Shown here piece by piece: positions 52,953 to 64,000 of a stretch of 64,000 nucleotides of DNA (within the stretch, counting starts at the first letter, position 1; each line of letters opens with the position of its first letter). The position numbers were made by a program, and so were the translations under genes. This DNA is from Octopus sinensis (Eukaryota). The notes beneath the pieces were generated by a model. That model saw nothing but the letters and a program-made list of their open reading frames with translations, searched no databases and was not told the origin of the DNA. Location of the stretch: positions 22,196,001 to 22,260,000 of the forward strand of contig NC_043014.1 in the NCBI RefSeq assembly GCF_006345805.1, given 5' to 3'.

Positions 52953-53255
52953 GGATGACAAGGGGAAGAGTACGTTCGGGAGATTCGGCATAAAAGAGAG
53001 AAAAGAGAGAGGAGAACGATTGGTTACCATGGTAGAGGCGAGGCGGCTCTACGCCGGAAACAGCCTATTCAGGAAGAAGGAGAAGAGATGGACATGAGTA
53101 TTGCCGAACTCTGAGTACTGATTCGTGACGCCATTCAACACCGGCAGCGTTCATTGTCTGGTGAGGGTGAGGGTCGTCATCGACGGGACGAGGGAGAATA
53201 AGGCGCTGTGTTTGGCGTCGAAGGGAAAACGCGTCCAAGTTTTCAACGAGGCGAA

Positions 53256-53355
53256 NNNNNNNNNNNNNNNNNNNNNNNNNNNNNNNNNNNNNNNNNNNNN
53301 NNNNNNNNNNNNNNNNNNNNNNNNNNNNNNNNNNNNNNNNNNNNNNNNNNNNNNN
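53256..53355. other. Assembly gap (100 N)
   Basis: Run of N. Confidence 1.
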
Positions 53356-54385
53356 TGTCATGAGTTGGGCAGTTTGACCTGACAAGTTTGCAGACTACAT
53401 CATGCTCCAAGTATCACTTTGCTATGGTTCTTCTGGTTGGATGCCCTTGCTAATGGCAATCATTTTACAGAGTGTACTGGGTCCTTTTTTCAGTACATCT
53501 GCATTAGTGAAGGTAGCTTTGTCACTTACAATGCAAAGGGCGTAAATTAGCCTCCTGTACCTGTGGGAGTGTAGAAGAGTGGGGCAATATGATTTTAGGC
53601 AGGGTGATGAGGGAGGCTAAGACAGAGGAGTTGATTTATAATTGTAATTGGGTAATAGTGGAAAGTGTAACAGATGAGTATAGTTGGTACTACTTGGGAA
53701 TGGAAGTATGGTAGAGCGTGGGGGAAAGGGAAGATATTAGTGTCGGGTTTATTGAAATATGTGAAGGACAGAGTGAAAAGGCGGAGTGATAGGGTGTGTA
53801 GAGGGATCTTGGGTTCTGCTACATTGTAAGGGCATTTATGGGTAGAAAGGGTTAAGGAAGGGAGCAGTAAGCTAGGGTAGAGAAGAATCCTGAGTCATTG
53901 AAAGAAAGAGGCTACCAGAGGGGTAAAGAGAAAGGAAAGAGCAGAGTGTAAATATTGCACCCTATCCCTCTCTCTCACTTTGTGTATATACATACATGTG
54001 TGTGTTTGTGTAATATAACCATGAAGGATTTAACACTTTGACCAATGCCAGTGGCACATAACTGGCTCATAAAAAGTACCCATTATACCAAGGGCCTGGG
54101 AACAGGGGGTGCAGCGGGTGCACCTGCACCCCCTAGAATTTTCAGGGGGTGCAAGATAAAAAAAGTGTCTAAAATTTATCCGTATAAAATGCTGAAGTTC
54201 GATCTTGTCTCAAAAAAAAGGAAAAAAATAATAATAGATAAAATTGATGAAGCTGGCATAAAATTCCCTAGGGAGTTTATGACCACTAACTTCTGAAGGA
54301 AAGTAGTGTCAAAATACAAAAAAAAAACAAGTGACAATAACAACAAAACCAGCATGTATGGTTAATTTTGAATATATAGCATTAC

Positions 54386-54636
54386 TTGAATTATTGAAGA
54401 CAGCTCCCACCCAGTTAAAATGTGTAACTCTCTCTTTCTGTCTATCAAATACTTCTCTCCATCTTTCAGTACCACTCCCAAGTTCTTTGTAATTGGTGTT
54501 GCTAAAGACTTAAAACATGGTTGAATGGATTCGACCGTTTGACCCCAGTCTAAAAATAAAAACCCTTTCAAAATTCTTTCAGTCAAAACGATTTTCTCAT
54601 ATAGGTTGTTAGGTCCAAAATATGCATGAAAAAATT
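54386..54636 (-). CDS. Candidate 251-nt exon (FFHAYFGPNNLYEK...GWELSSIIQ), phase 1-0
   Basis: 83 protein-like codons; T-rich AAG acceptor (alternative start 54651); donor CAA|GTAATG. Confidence 0.6.
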
Positions 54637-55452
54637 CTTTGAAAGTAAAAACTTTGAAGGGAAACATTTAACTATAAATAATTACAAACCAAGAAGAAAT
54701 TACGAAATAAATTTGTAAAGCCACACATCTATTCTTACTCAGTGGTATCCCACACAGCTTTCAACATTTGGTTGACATTGTCTCTGTTTTCCAACCTTTC
54801 CTATCCTCTTCTTTGTAAAACATTCCCTTTCTATTTCTATTGTTCTTTCTCTCTACACATCATTTCTCTCTTTTCTACCTTTCATTTCTTCCTGTCTCTA
54901 TAACCACCTCCTATCTATCTTTATTATGTCCCATACCATTATCTGCTTGACCACTGCCTGGTAAGTGCCTTTTTTTTCAACTTCAGCCCAGCATTCACTT
55001 CAGCCTTGATTCCCCTTTTCATTTTTCATTCAACCCTTACTTTCCTTTTCTCTTTATTCCTCTCTATCTGCTCTTTTTATCCTTCTCTTGAGTTCCTTAG
55101 GAAATAGTTTCCTTTTAGCGTTACTACTAACAAATCGTATCTTAAAGACGTAGTTTAGGCAGAATGCCTTATATATTGACGACTTTCATTTTTTATCTTG
55201 CCTTAATTCTGTCGTATTATCAATCAAAAGTCTTCCTGCGTATATATAAAATAGTATCTGTATCATATTTGTTTCCGATACTGTCCTGCTTTTTCATTTC
55301 ATATAGAAAACACTGATTTAATTAGTTTGATAAGTGCCTCTGCACGAAACTCTCAAACCTTCAGTCACTATGTAACTTTCACCAATCAATAAATCTATAC
55401 TTATTTGAGTCTGACTCAACATGAGTTCTATTTTTCCTGTTTGAACCACTAC

Positions 55453-55495
55453 GCCTCTGATGAGAACCCAATAAGGTTCGAAAATCGATTAAGGT
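55453..55495 (+). ncRNA. Minimal type-I hammerhead ribozyme
   Basis: GCCT-CTGATGA-GAACC[CAATAA]GGTTC-GAAA-A[TCGA]T-TA-AGGT: all core nucleotides and three stems. Confidence 0.8.
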
Positions 55496-55742
55496 TGTTC
55501 ATCTTTTTTTCAATCTATCGAGAAATGGCTAAATTTGCCCTCTTTATAAATATACAATATCTATATATATAAATATAAATAGACATCGTGGGTCATTTAG
55601 CTTAATGGTAAAGTACTCAGCCAGTATCTGAGTTGTATAGGTTCGAAGGCCATAACCATCTGCTGGCAACTTTTTAAAAATGGCAGAGCCCCAGCATGGC
55701 CACAGCTCGTGAGCTGAAACTAGATGAAATAAAAAATAAAAA

Positions 55743-55923
55743 ATCATAACGATATCAGCTACCAAATGGTTTCACGGTGAATTGGGGCCCCGGGTGACCT
55801 TAGTAAAGTCATTGGGGAGAATACCAGCTGATAATCAGCTCAGGATTCTCCCCATGACTTTACTAAGGTCACCCGGGGCCCCAATTTGCCGTGAAACCAT
55901 TTGGTAGCTGGTATCGTTACGAT
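55743..55923. repeat. ~180-bp foldback element with ~76-bp GC-rich arms
   Basis: Arms 55747-55822 and 55845-55919 with about 3 substitutions and 1 indel; loop holds AGCTGA-taa-TCAGCT. Confidence 0.9.
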
Positions 55924-56416
55924 GTCTATTTATATTTACCCACTTCTCTACCTGAAGAGTAAGCTCTCCTCCAGTTATATGGTTTTAGCGTATATTATCA
56001 TATATATATATATGAGAGAGAAAGTGATACAAGCATGCACATATATATACGTTAATATATATATTATACATTATAAATATATATATTCATCATCATTTAA
56101 CGTCCGATTTCCATACTGGCATAGGTTGTACGGTACGACAGGGCTGGAAGCCAAGGGCTACCAGCTCCCATTTAGTTTGGCAAGGTTTTCGTGGCTGGGT
56201 GCCCTTTCTAACGCCAACCACTTTACAGTGTATATATATATATGTGTTTTTATTATAGATTTCTGAATCTGCCCACTTGGGGCTGACATTGATAAAAATA
56301 GAAGTCAAATCGCAAGGCGGATCATTAGAAAGAAGCATCACAAGGAGGAAGCGAAAGACACTGATGAGGTCACAGAAGTGTGACAAAAAAACTCTCTCTC
56401 TCTCTATATATATATA

Positions 56417-56515
<99 letters not shown>

Positions 56516-57359
56516 GATAGGTACATATGCAAACACACATACACACACGCATATACATACGGATGTATGTATTTGTATGTCACCCCCACCTCCGCTGGAT
56601 AACTAAAGTTGATGCGATTATTCCCCTGTAACTTGGCGATTCGGAAAAAGAGGCGACAGAATATATACAAAGCTTACAAAGAATAATTCCTGGCATTGAT
56701 TTGTTCAAATAAAAGACGGTGCTCTAGTATGGCCTATCGTCTTTTGAAACATATTGGATGGGAGGTCATGTTGCTGGTTTTGCCAATAGAAACACAAGCA
56801 CTATTTATTTGATGTTCACTATTTGTTTTTCAGGTTTTTGTTCGACCAGAGTTCTTTCGCTACAATTCAGTGGCCTTAAACGTGGTCCTTTATTTTCTTC
56901 TTTTTTCTTTCTTGTATCTGCCCTTTTTAATCATCTGCCATGTAATTCACAGAAATTCAAAATCTTTCTCTATCTCACTCTTTATGCCTGTGTATGTATA
57001 TACATATAATATGTGTTCATACTCAGCGGTCAACATTTGGTCGATATTGTCTTAATTTTCTATCCTGCTCCTCTCGGCTTCTTTCCCCTCTTGTTTGCAA
57101 AATATTCCCTATCTATTTCTATATGTCTTTTCACATATCTGCTTCTTTTCTCTCTTTACTCATCTTCATTTCTTCCTCTTATTATCACTGTCAACTACAT
57201 CCAGTCTACCTTTATTTCCTTGTCTCCACACTCCCTGATGACATTTCGAAAATATCTGACATTGCTTGAGGCAAATGTTTTGAGTTCATCATTTTGAGTT
57301 AGAGAATAAGAGATAATCTAACTGTGGAGACACTCCTCAACACTTACTCTAAAGAAGGT

Positions 57360-57830
57360 CATCAAGATCGTTTAATCTGCAGGGAAGGTGATGGCCTTAG
57401 TATTTTGGATTGCAAAAAGCATCATGTTTATTAACTACTTTCAAAAGGTTCTCACCATCAATGGAGAGTGCTGTACTGTGCCACCTTTCTAAGGCAGTTG
57501 CAAAAGGCTATCAAGGCCAACCGCAAGGAAAACTGTGGAGTATGTTTTCCTTTCATCGAAACAAATACTCCAGTGCACAAGTAATTGGTTTCGATGGCTG
57601 CTGTTTGTGATTGGCTTTGAACTGCTAAACCACCCTCCCTACTTTAGTGATTTGACATCATCTTATTATCTATATCCCCTACATATATAAAAAAAAATAC
57701 TCGGTTAGGAACCAATATCATAGTGATGATGTCTTATCAGCTGTTGAAAACTTGTTAAACTAAGAGGATAGCTTCTTTTCCAAGGCAATCGATGCTATGA
57801 ATCACTGAAAGAAGTATGTAGATGATCTTT
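57360..57830 (+). mobile_element. Mariner transposase C-terminal remnant
   Basis: KVMALVFW, FLRQLQKAIKA, VSMAAV..GFELLNHP, YHSDDDV..AVE across frameshifts. Confidence 0.75.
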
Positions 57831-57988
57831 TCTGTTTGATTTTCACTTTTCAATTGCCTCAATTTTGTTCCAATTTCAAAAATGTGAATTGTTCACATGA
57901 ACTAAACCAACAGTATGTTTATCCAACATTTCACACAAATTTATTAAAACTTCCATCGTTGAATGTTTTAACATTGTAATGTTGTCAC

Positions 57989-58080
57989 CTTGTACAAAAT
58001 GCCAGCTTCCACATCCTGTTCTCTGATTGAGGGAAAAATGATCAAACTTTAAACCTCTGTCACAGTTTTCTAAAGTTTTT
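57989..58080 (-). CDS. Candidate 92-nt exon (KTLENCDRGLKFDHFSLNQRTGCGSWHFVQ), phase 2-1
   Basis: Acceptor cacttattccag; donor AAG|GTGACA (alternative end at 57908, same phase). Confidence 0.5.
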
Positions 58081-58392
58081 CTGGAATAAGTGAATAGCAT
58101 CAGATTCAACGTGAAAAATTACACCAATGTATCAAATTTGAAAATTTTCACTTAATTAAAAAATTTCTGATGGTGAAATCAAGCAGAAAAAATTCTAATA
58201 TTTAAAAATGAACTTCATTTGGTCACATTCCATGAGAATATATTGGTCAGCCTGTTAATTTTCCAGTCGATCTTCATAATAATAAAAGTTATTATTATTG
58301 AACATTTGTTTGTTTTGATACCCAAATTAGAAAACTTCACCTTGTTTGTAAAAATTTTGGGTACTACAGAAGCGTGGACCTGAGTTCTGAGA

Positions 58393-58946
58393 GTGCATAT
58401 GTTACAAATTTGCACGTTAGTTGTAAGTAGTCGATTTTAGCTCACAAGGCAAACGACGAGATCCGTGGATGTGCACTACTTGTAAATGGAGCGGGGTTAT
58501 CTATGTAATACAAAAAGAAAATTGCAGATAAACTGAATATAAAAGTGAAAAATAATCATTGAATACTGAAAAAAACATTCATCTCCCCTAACCCTAAACG
58601 ATCAAACTAAAGCGTTTGACCAGTCATAAAAACAAAAAAAAAACCTAAACCCTAACCTTAAACCCTAACCCTAACCCTTAACCCTTAATAAAATATGGGA
58701 AAAGCTGAAGATGAATGTTTTGAAAACATTCTGAACTATCTTTCAGAATGGTTTACTTTTCAATGAAATATTATTTTGTTATTTTTCAAATTTTTATTCA
58801 ATTTATCTGCAATTTTCTTCTTGTATTAGATGGATAACCCACCCTCCATTTACAGCAAGTAGCGCACGTCTCGTTGTTTACCTGTATGCTAAAATCGATT
58901 ACTTACGGCTAATGCACTCGCATGCGCAAATTCGTGACATGCACAC
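58393..58946. mobile_element. Non-autonomous TIR element with telomere-like (CCCTAA) core
   Basis: Long imperfect inverted arms starting TGTTACAAATTTG / TGTCACGAATTTG; degenerate CCCTAA run at ~58644-58689. Confidence 0.75.
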
Positions 58947-60129
58947 TTCTCCAGTAGTGCCAAATTTTGGAACTGAATTTGCACCCCCTAAGCAAATTTT
59001 GTTCCCGGGCCACTGCATTATACTCTTGGAGATGTTGGTGTTAGGAAGGGCATCAAGCTGTGGAAACCATGCCAAACCAAACTGGAACCTGGTGCAGCTC
59101 TCCAGCTTAGCAGCTTCTGTTAAATTGTCTAACCCATACCAGCATGGAAACAGACACCAAATGATAATGAATATATATATATATATATATATAACTCAAC
59201 TTGTGTGTCTGTGTGTTTAACTTCCCGGCACATCTCCTCCTAGCCAACAAATCGTAGAACCACCAAAAATGGGTCACTTAAAGTTTAGGTGAATGAAAAT
59301 TGAACTGCGCTATTTCTGTTCCACAGTAGAGATAGAAGAGTGTGTGTTTTGTAGCAGGAGAGAGATGAGACAGTATAGAAATTGTGGGAGGTGGAGGGTA
59401 GTGAGAGAAAAGAAGACAGAGTGATGGGTTGGAAGGAAATATTGGAGGATAACATAGAGATAGGGAGATGAAGAGCAGAGTTTGAATGCCTCAAAAACAT
59501 TCTCAATAGGGAGGCAGTTAAGAGGGTGACGGGTTAAGATTAGGGGGTGAATAGTGTGTGGGTAAAGGAAGGGAAAGGAAGGCTAGAGGTGTATTAGTAG
59601 GTAGTGAGATAAAAGTAAGAAGAGATATTGGATGGCAATTCAGATAACCCAAGAGAGAGTATGCAGTGAATGATGAAGAGATAGGAGTCGTGAAGGTAAG
59701 ATGAGCCTTGGGCCAACTAAAACCTTGTGAGTGGATTTGGTAGATGGAAACTGAAAGAAGACTGCCACATATATCTATGTGTGTGTATCTTTGTGTTTGT
59801 CTCCCACCACTGCTTGACAACTGGTGTTGGTGTGTTTATGTCCCTGTAACGTAGTGGTTTTGCAAAAGAGACTGATAAAATAAGTACCAGACTTAAAAAA
59901 GAAAATAAGTACTGGGGGTGATTAGTTCAACTAAAATTCCTCAAGGCAGTACCCCAGCATGGCCACAGTCTAATGACTTGAACACGATAAAAGATATATA
60001 CATACATACACATGTATGTGTTACAACTTCTTAACCACTATCCTTGCATCAGAGTGAATTTTTCTATGCATGAATGAGTCCTCTGTAGCACTGCTAACAC
60101 AGAGGTGTAATGGAATCTCCATAAGATGT

Positions 60130-61135
60130 AGCACCTTAAGGTCAGCCTTCCGTTTCTACAAAGTCATCCTTGGTCTCCCTTGTCCACTGTTACCACTTAC
60201 GTAGAGTGCAGCAGTCATCCTGCATACACATCACATGCCTGTACCAGTGAAGCTTCCTCTCTTGTACACTACACAGTTCATATACCCAGTTTCTGTCTTA
60301 GGTTGTTCATGCATTGAGCATGCTAGCTTCATTTCTTTATAGTCTTATTAAAACCTCTATATTCAAGGCTTATATCTCACTACCATACAGCATCACAATT
60401 CTGAATGCCAGTGTCTTATGATCTGTCCTCCACTCCAAGGGAAAGACCTTTGTTGGCAGCAGTGGTAACGGCTCCTTGAACTTTTTCTCACTTGTTCCTC
60501 TGGCTATTATACTTTCAGAGCAACTACCTCCCCTAGTATCTCTAGGTATCAGAAGCTATCAAACTACTTTTAGTGAACCATCTGGATATTTAAGAGGATC
60601 TATTCTCTGTGAACTCATTGTACATATTGCTCCAGTGCATTTGTTACTTATGAAACTTACTTTCTCAGTTTATCTACCTGCGATTCCACTACACCTCTTA
60701 TGTGTCTATTGCTTACATTGGATACAACGTATGTAGTTCATATTTACTCCTTTTTTACAAGCTGAGCAAGGCCATTTTCTTGTGTTGAATCCAGGGTCCG
60801 TTTTCTTTCTCATTTGCTAAAATTTTTGCTAAGTTTTTTTTGGAGTCATCTCTATTTTAGGTTTAGCTTCCATGCTTGGAATGTTCTATCTAATTTTACT
60901 ATAGATCCAGCAATGAGAACGAAATCATCAGCATATAGGAGTTCCCATGGATAGCTACTCTTAAACACCTCTGTAATGGCCTGCAAGAATAAGATGGATA
61001 GAAGAAGGCTAAGGCCTGAGCCTTGATGGACTCTTACCTTCATGCTCCATCCATTACTGCAATCATTGTTGATATTCACTTTCCTTATTGCATCATTGTA
61101 CATAAGCTGTACAGCTTTCACAAGCCATCGAGCTA
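60130..61135 (-). mobile_element. RTE-clade LINE RT remnant
   Basis: VHQGSGLS, PWELLYADD, KFKEPLPLL motifs. Confidence 0.85.
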
Positions 61136-61160
61136 CTGCTAATTTCCTTTATGATCATCA

Positions 61161-61179
<19 letters not shown>

Positions 61180-61191
<12 letters not shown>

Positions 61192-62001
61192 TTATATATA
61201 CATACATATACATGTTTTAGTTATTAGATTGAGACCGTGTTGCGGTATCACCATGAAGAATTTTTGGTTGAATTGAATTGACACCAGTACTTTCTTTTTA
61301 AAGCCTTGTATGTGTGTGTGTGTGTGTGTAAATACACACACACACACACAATGGACTTCTGGTTTCTGTCTACCAAGTCCACTCACAAGGCTTTGGTCAG
61401 ACTGAGGCTATAGTAGAAAACACTTGCTCAAGATACCACATAGTGGGCCTGAACCTGGAACCATGTTGTTGGGAAGCTAGCTTATCACACAGCTATGTTG
61501 TTTATATTATATATTATATATGTATGTATATTATTAATTGGTTACAGTAATTCAAAGGACATGAGTTCATGCATTCACACTTATCTAAGTGCTAATGCAT
61601 GAATAATAATAATTTATTCTTTTATTCACCACAAGGGTTAATATATACATAGAAAGGGGTGAAAAATTATCCAGCTACTTGGGCTAATACAAACGAGCCA
61701 GATAGGTGTAAAAAACTAACTGGCATCTCTTGTCAAGAGTACAGGCGACAGTCAAATCGCTAATGTTTGTTGTGCACTCCTCTGTTGTTATTTGAATGCT
61801 ATTATTCTGTGCATCTGTGTGTAAAGATCAGTTGTGTTTTGCAGGGAAAGACATATAGTGCTAGATATAAAAAAACAAGCCATTTGGGGCTAGAAATAAA
61901 GCGGAAAAATGTGAAATTCTTCAAGTAGACATGTGCCATGTGAACTCTGATCTGTGATGAGCCCAAGAGACACTGATGACCTAGAGTTGCCTCTGATATA
62001 T

Positions 62002-62037
<36 letters not shown>

Positions 62038-63308
62038 TACACACACACAGTAATCCCTTGCCAAATCGTGGTTTATTGTTTAAACTTACATCAATTGCTC
62101 TGTGGTGTTGTTTTGCATTTATATTAAAATAATATAAAAAATATACAGTACAACACTGTTTCTACTTCATGTCAAGTGGTGATGAGGGACAGACACAAAG
62201 AGAAAGAGAGAGAGAGACACACACATATACACACACACACACACACAACACACACATTATATATACATACATATACATGTTTTAGTTATTAGATGAGACC
62301 GTGTTGCGGTATCACCATGAAGAATTTTTGGTTGAATTGAATTGACACCAGTACTTTCTTTTTAAAGCCTTGTATGTGTGTGTGTGTGTGTGTAAATACA
62401 CACACACACACACAATGGACTTCTGGTTTCTGTCTACCAAGTCCACTCACAAGGCTTTGGTCAGACTGAGGCTATAGTAGAAAACACTTGCTCAAGATAC
62501 CACATAGTGGGCCTGAACCTGGAACCATGTTGTTGGGAAGCTAGCTTATCACACAGCTATGTTGTTTATATTATATATTATATATGTATGTATATTATTA
62601 ATTGGTTACAGTAATCAAAGGACATGAGTTCATGCATTCACACTTATCTAAGTGCTAATGCATGAATAATATAATTTATTCTTTTATTCACCACAAGGGT
62701 TAATATATACATAGAAAGGGGTGAAAAATTATCCAGCTACTTGGGCTAATACAAACGAGCCAGATAGGTGTAAAAAACTAACTGGCATCTCTTGTCAAGA
62801 GTACAGGCGACAGTCAATCGCTAATGTTTGTTGTGCACTCCTCTGTTGTTATTTGAATGCTATTATTCTGTGCATCTGTGTGTAAAGATCAGTTGTGTTT
62901 TGCAGGGAAAGACATATAGTGCTAGATATAAAAAAACAAGCCATTTGGGGCTAGAAATAAAGCGGAAAAATGTGAAATTCTTCAAGTAGACATGTGCCAT
63001 GTGAACTCTGATCTGTGATGAGCCCAAGAGACACTGATGACCTAGAGTTGCCTCTGATATATTATATATATATATATACACACACCACACACACAATACA
63101 CACACACAGTAATCCCTTGCCAAATCGTGGTTTATTGTTTAAACTTACATCAATTGCTCTGTGGTGTTGTTTTGCATTTATATTAAAATAATATAAAAAT
63201 ATATACAGTACAACACTGTTTCTACTTCATGTCAAGTGGTGATGAGGGACAGACACAAAGAGAAAGAGAGAGAGAGACACACACATATACACACACACAC
63301 ACACACAC

Positions 63309-63310
<2 letters not shown>
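61180..63310. repeat. 1,065-bp near-identical tandem duplication
   Basis: CATGTTTTAG at 61211 and 62276; differences are mostly 1-nt deletions in copy 2. Confidence 0.9.
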
Positions 63311-63340
<30 letters not shown>

Positions 63341-63863
63341 CACAATGTGCTTCTTTCAATTTCCATCTACCAAATCCACTCACAAGGCTTTGGTTGGCCC
63401 AAGGCTATAGAAGCAGACACTTGTGCAGGGTACCATGCAATCGGACTGAACCTGGAACTATGTGATTGGGAAGTAAGCTTCTTGCCTCTCAGCTGTTGTG
63501 TACACATGCACACACACACAGAAGGTGAAAGACTGAGGTAATTGATACATAAGCATTGAAAAATAATTCATGGTAATTAGAAGCTCAGTCAATAACACAT
63601 CATTAAACACCATGTTGTTATATTACAGTATATACAAGTGGGCCTCACTTACATGCATATATGCTATCAGCCAGGATGATCTTTATTTAGAATACAACTA
63701 GAAAAACTAAATTTCATATATAGTTCTTATTTTATTAAAATATGAACTACTATATGAAATTTAGCTTTTCTTGTTTTTATACATATGAAATTCATGCTTT
63801 TTATCTTTTTTGTAAAGATTTCCATCCATCCCTCCATCCATCCATCTATCTATCTATCTATGT

Positions 63864-63905
<42 letters not shown>

Positions 63906-64000
63906 TGATACATATATGTATATATACAATATATATATATGTATATACGATATATATATATTGTTAAAATGTCTTGTTGACGACTTTCATTTCTTCACTT

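Noticed and set aside
53065-53385. ORFs spanning the N run
   Set aside because: Artefacts of translating across an assembly gap.
58215-58415. 39-nt minus exon VHASVVPKIFTNK
   Set aside because: It ends in phase 0, incompatible with the phase-2 start at 58080, and the evidence is too weak on its own.
58644-58689. True telomere or fusion scar
   Set aside because: Short, degenerate and centred within an inverted-repeat element.

Overview
AT-rich, repeat-dense eukaryotic DNA, most likely octopus. This is an inference from the SINE families and the extreme (TA)n/(CA)n/(ATGT)n/(TAA)n microsatellite load; no search was run. Most ORFs in the track are microsatellite translations. Supportable content: decayed LINEs (two R4/Dong-type, two Tx1-type, a CR1 with an inverted 5' part, two RTE-type), Penelope-like fragments including a GIY-YIG remnant, DNA transposon remnants (Tigger, pogo, two mariner, hAT MITE, a TIR element with telomere-like core), a head-to-tail Helitron pair with PIF1-like helicase pseudogene, several tRNA-derived SINE families, a 42-bp minisatellite, a 100-N gap and a 1,065-bp near-identical tandem duplication. 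Six minus-strand candidate exons, three of them phase-compatible, suggest a large unidentified host gene. Highlights: a complete minimal type-I hammerhead ribozyme (55453-55495), recurrent foldbacks at repeat ends next to microsatellites, a nested chain of retroelements inside trinucleotide repeats, a twin-priming-like CR1 inversion, and a Helitron with an inverted copy of its own 5' end. Unless base-indexed in the evidence, repeat boundaries are approximate.
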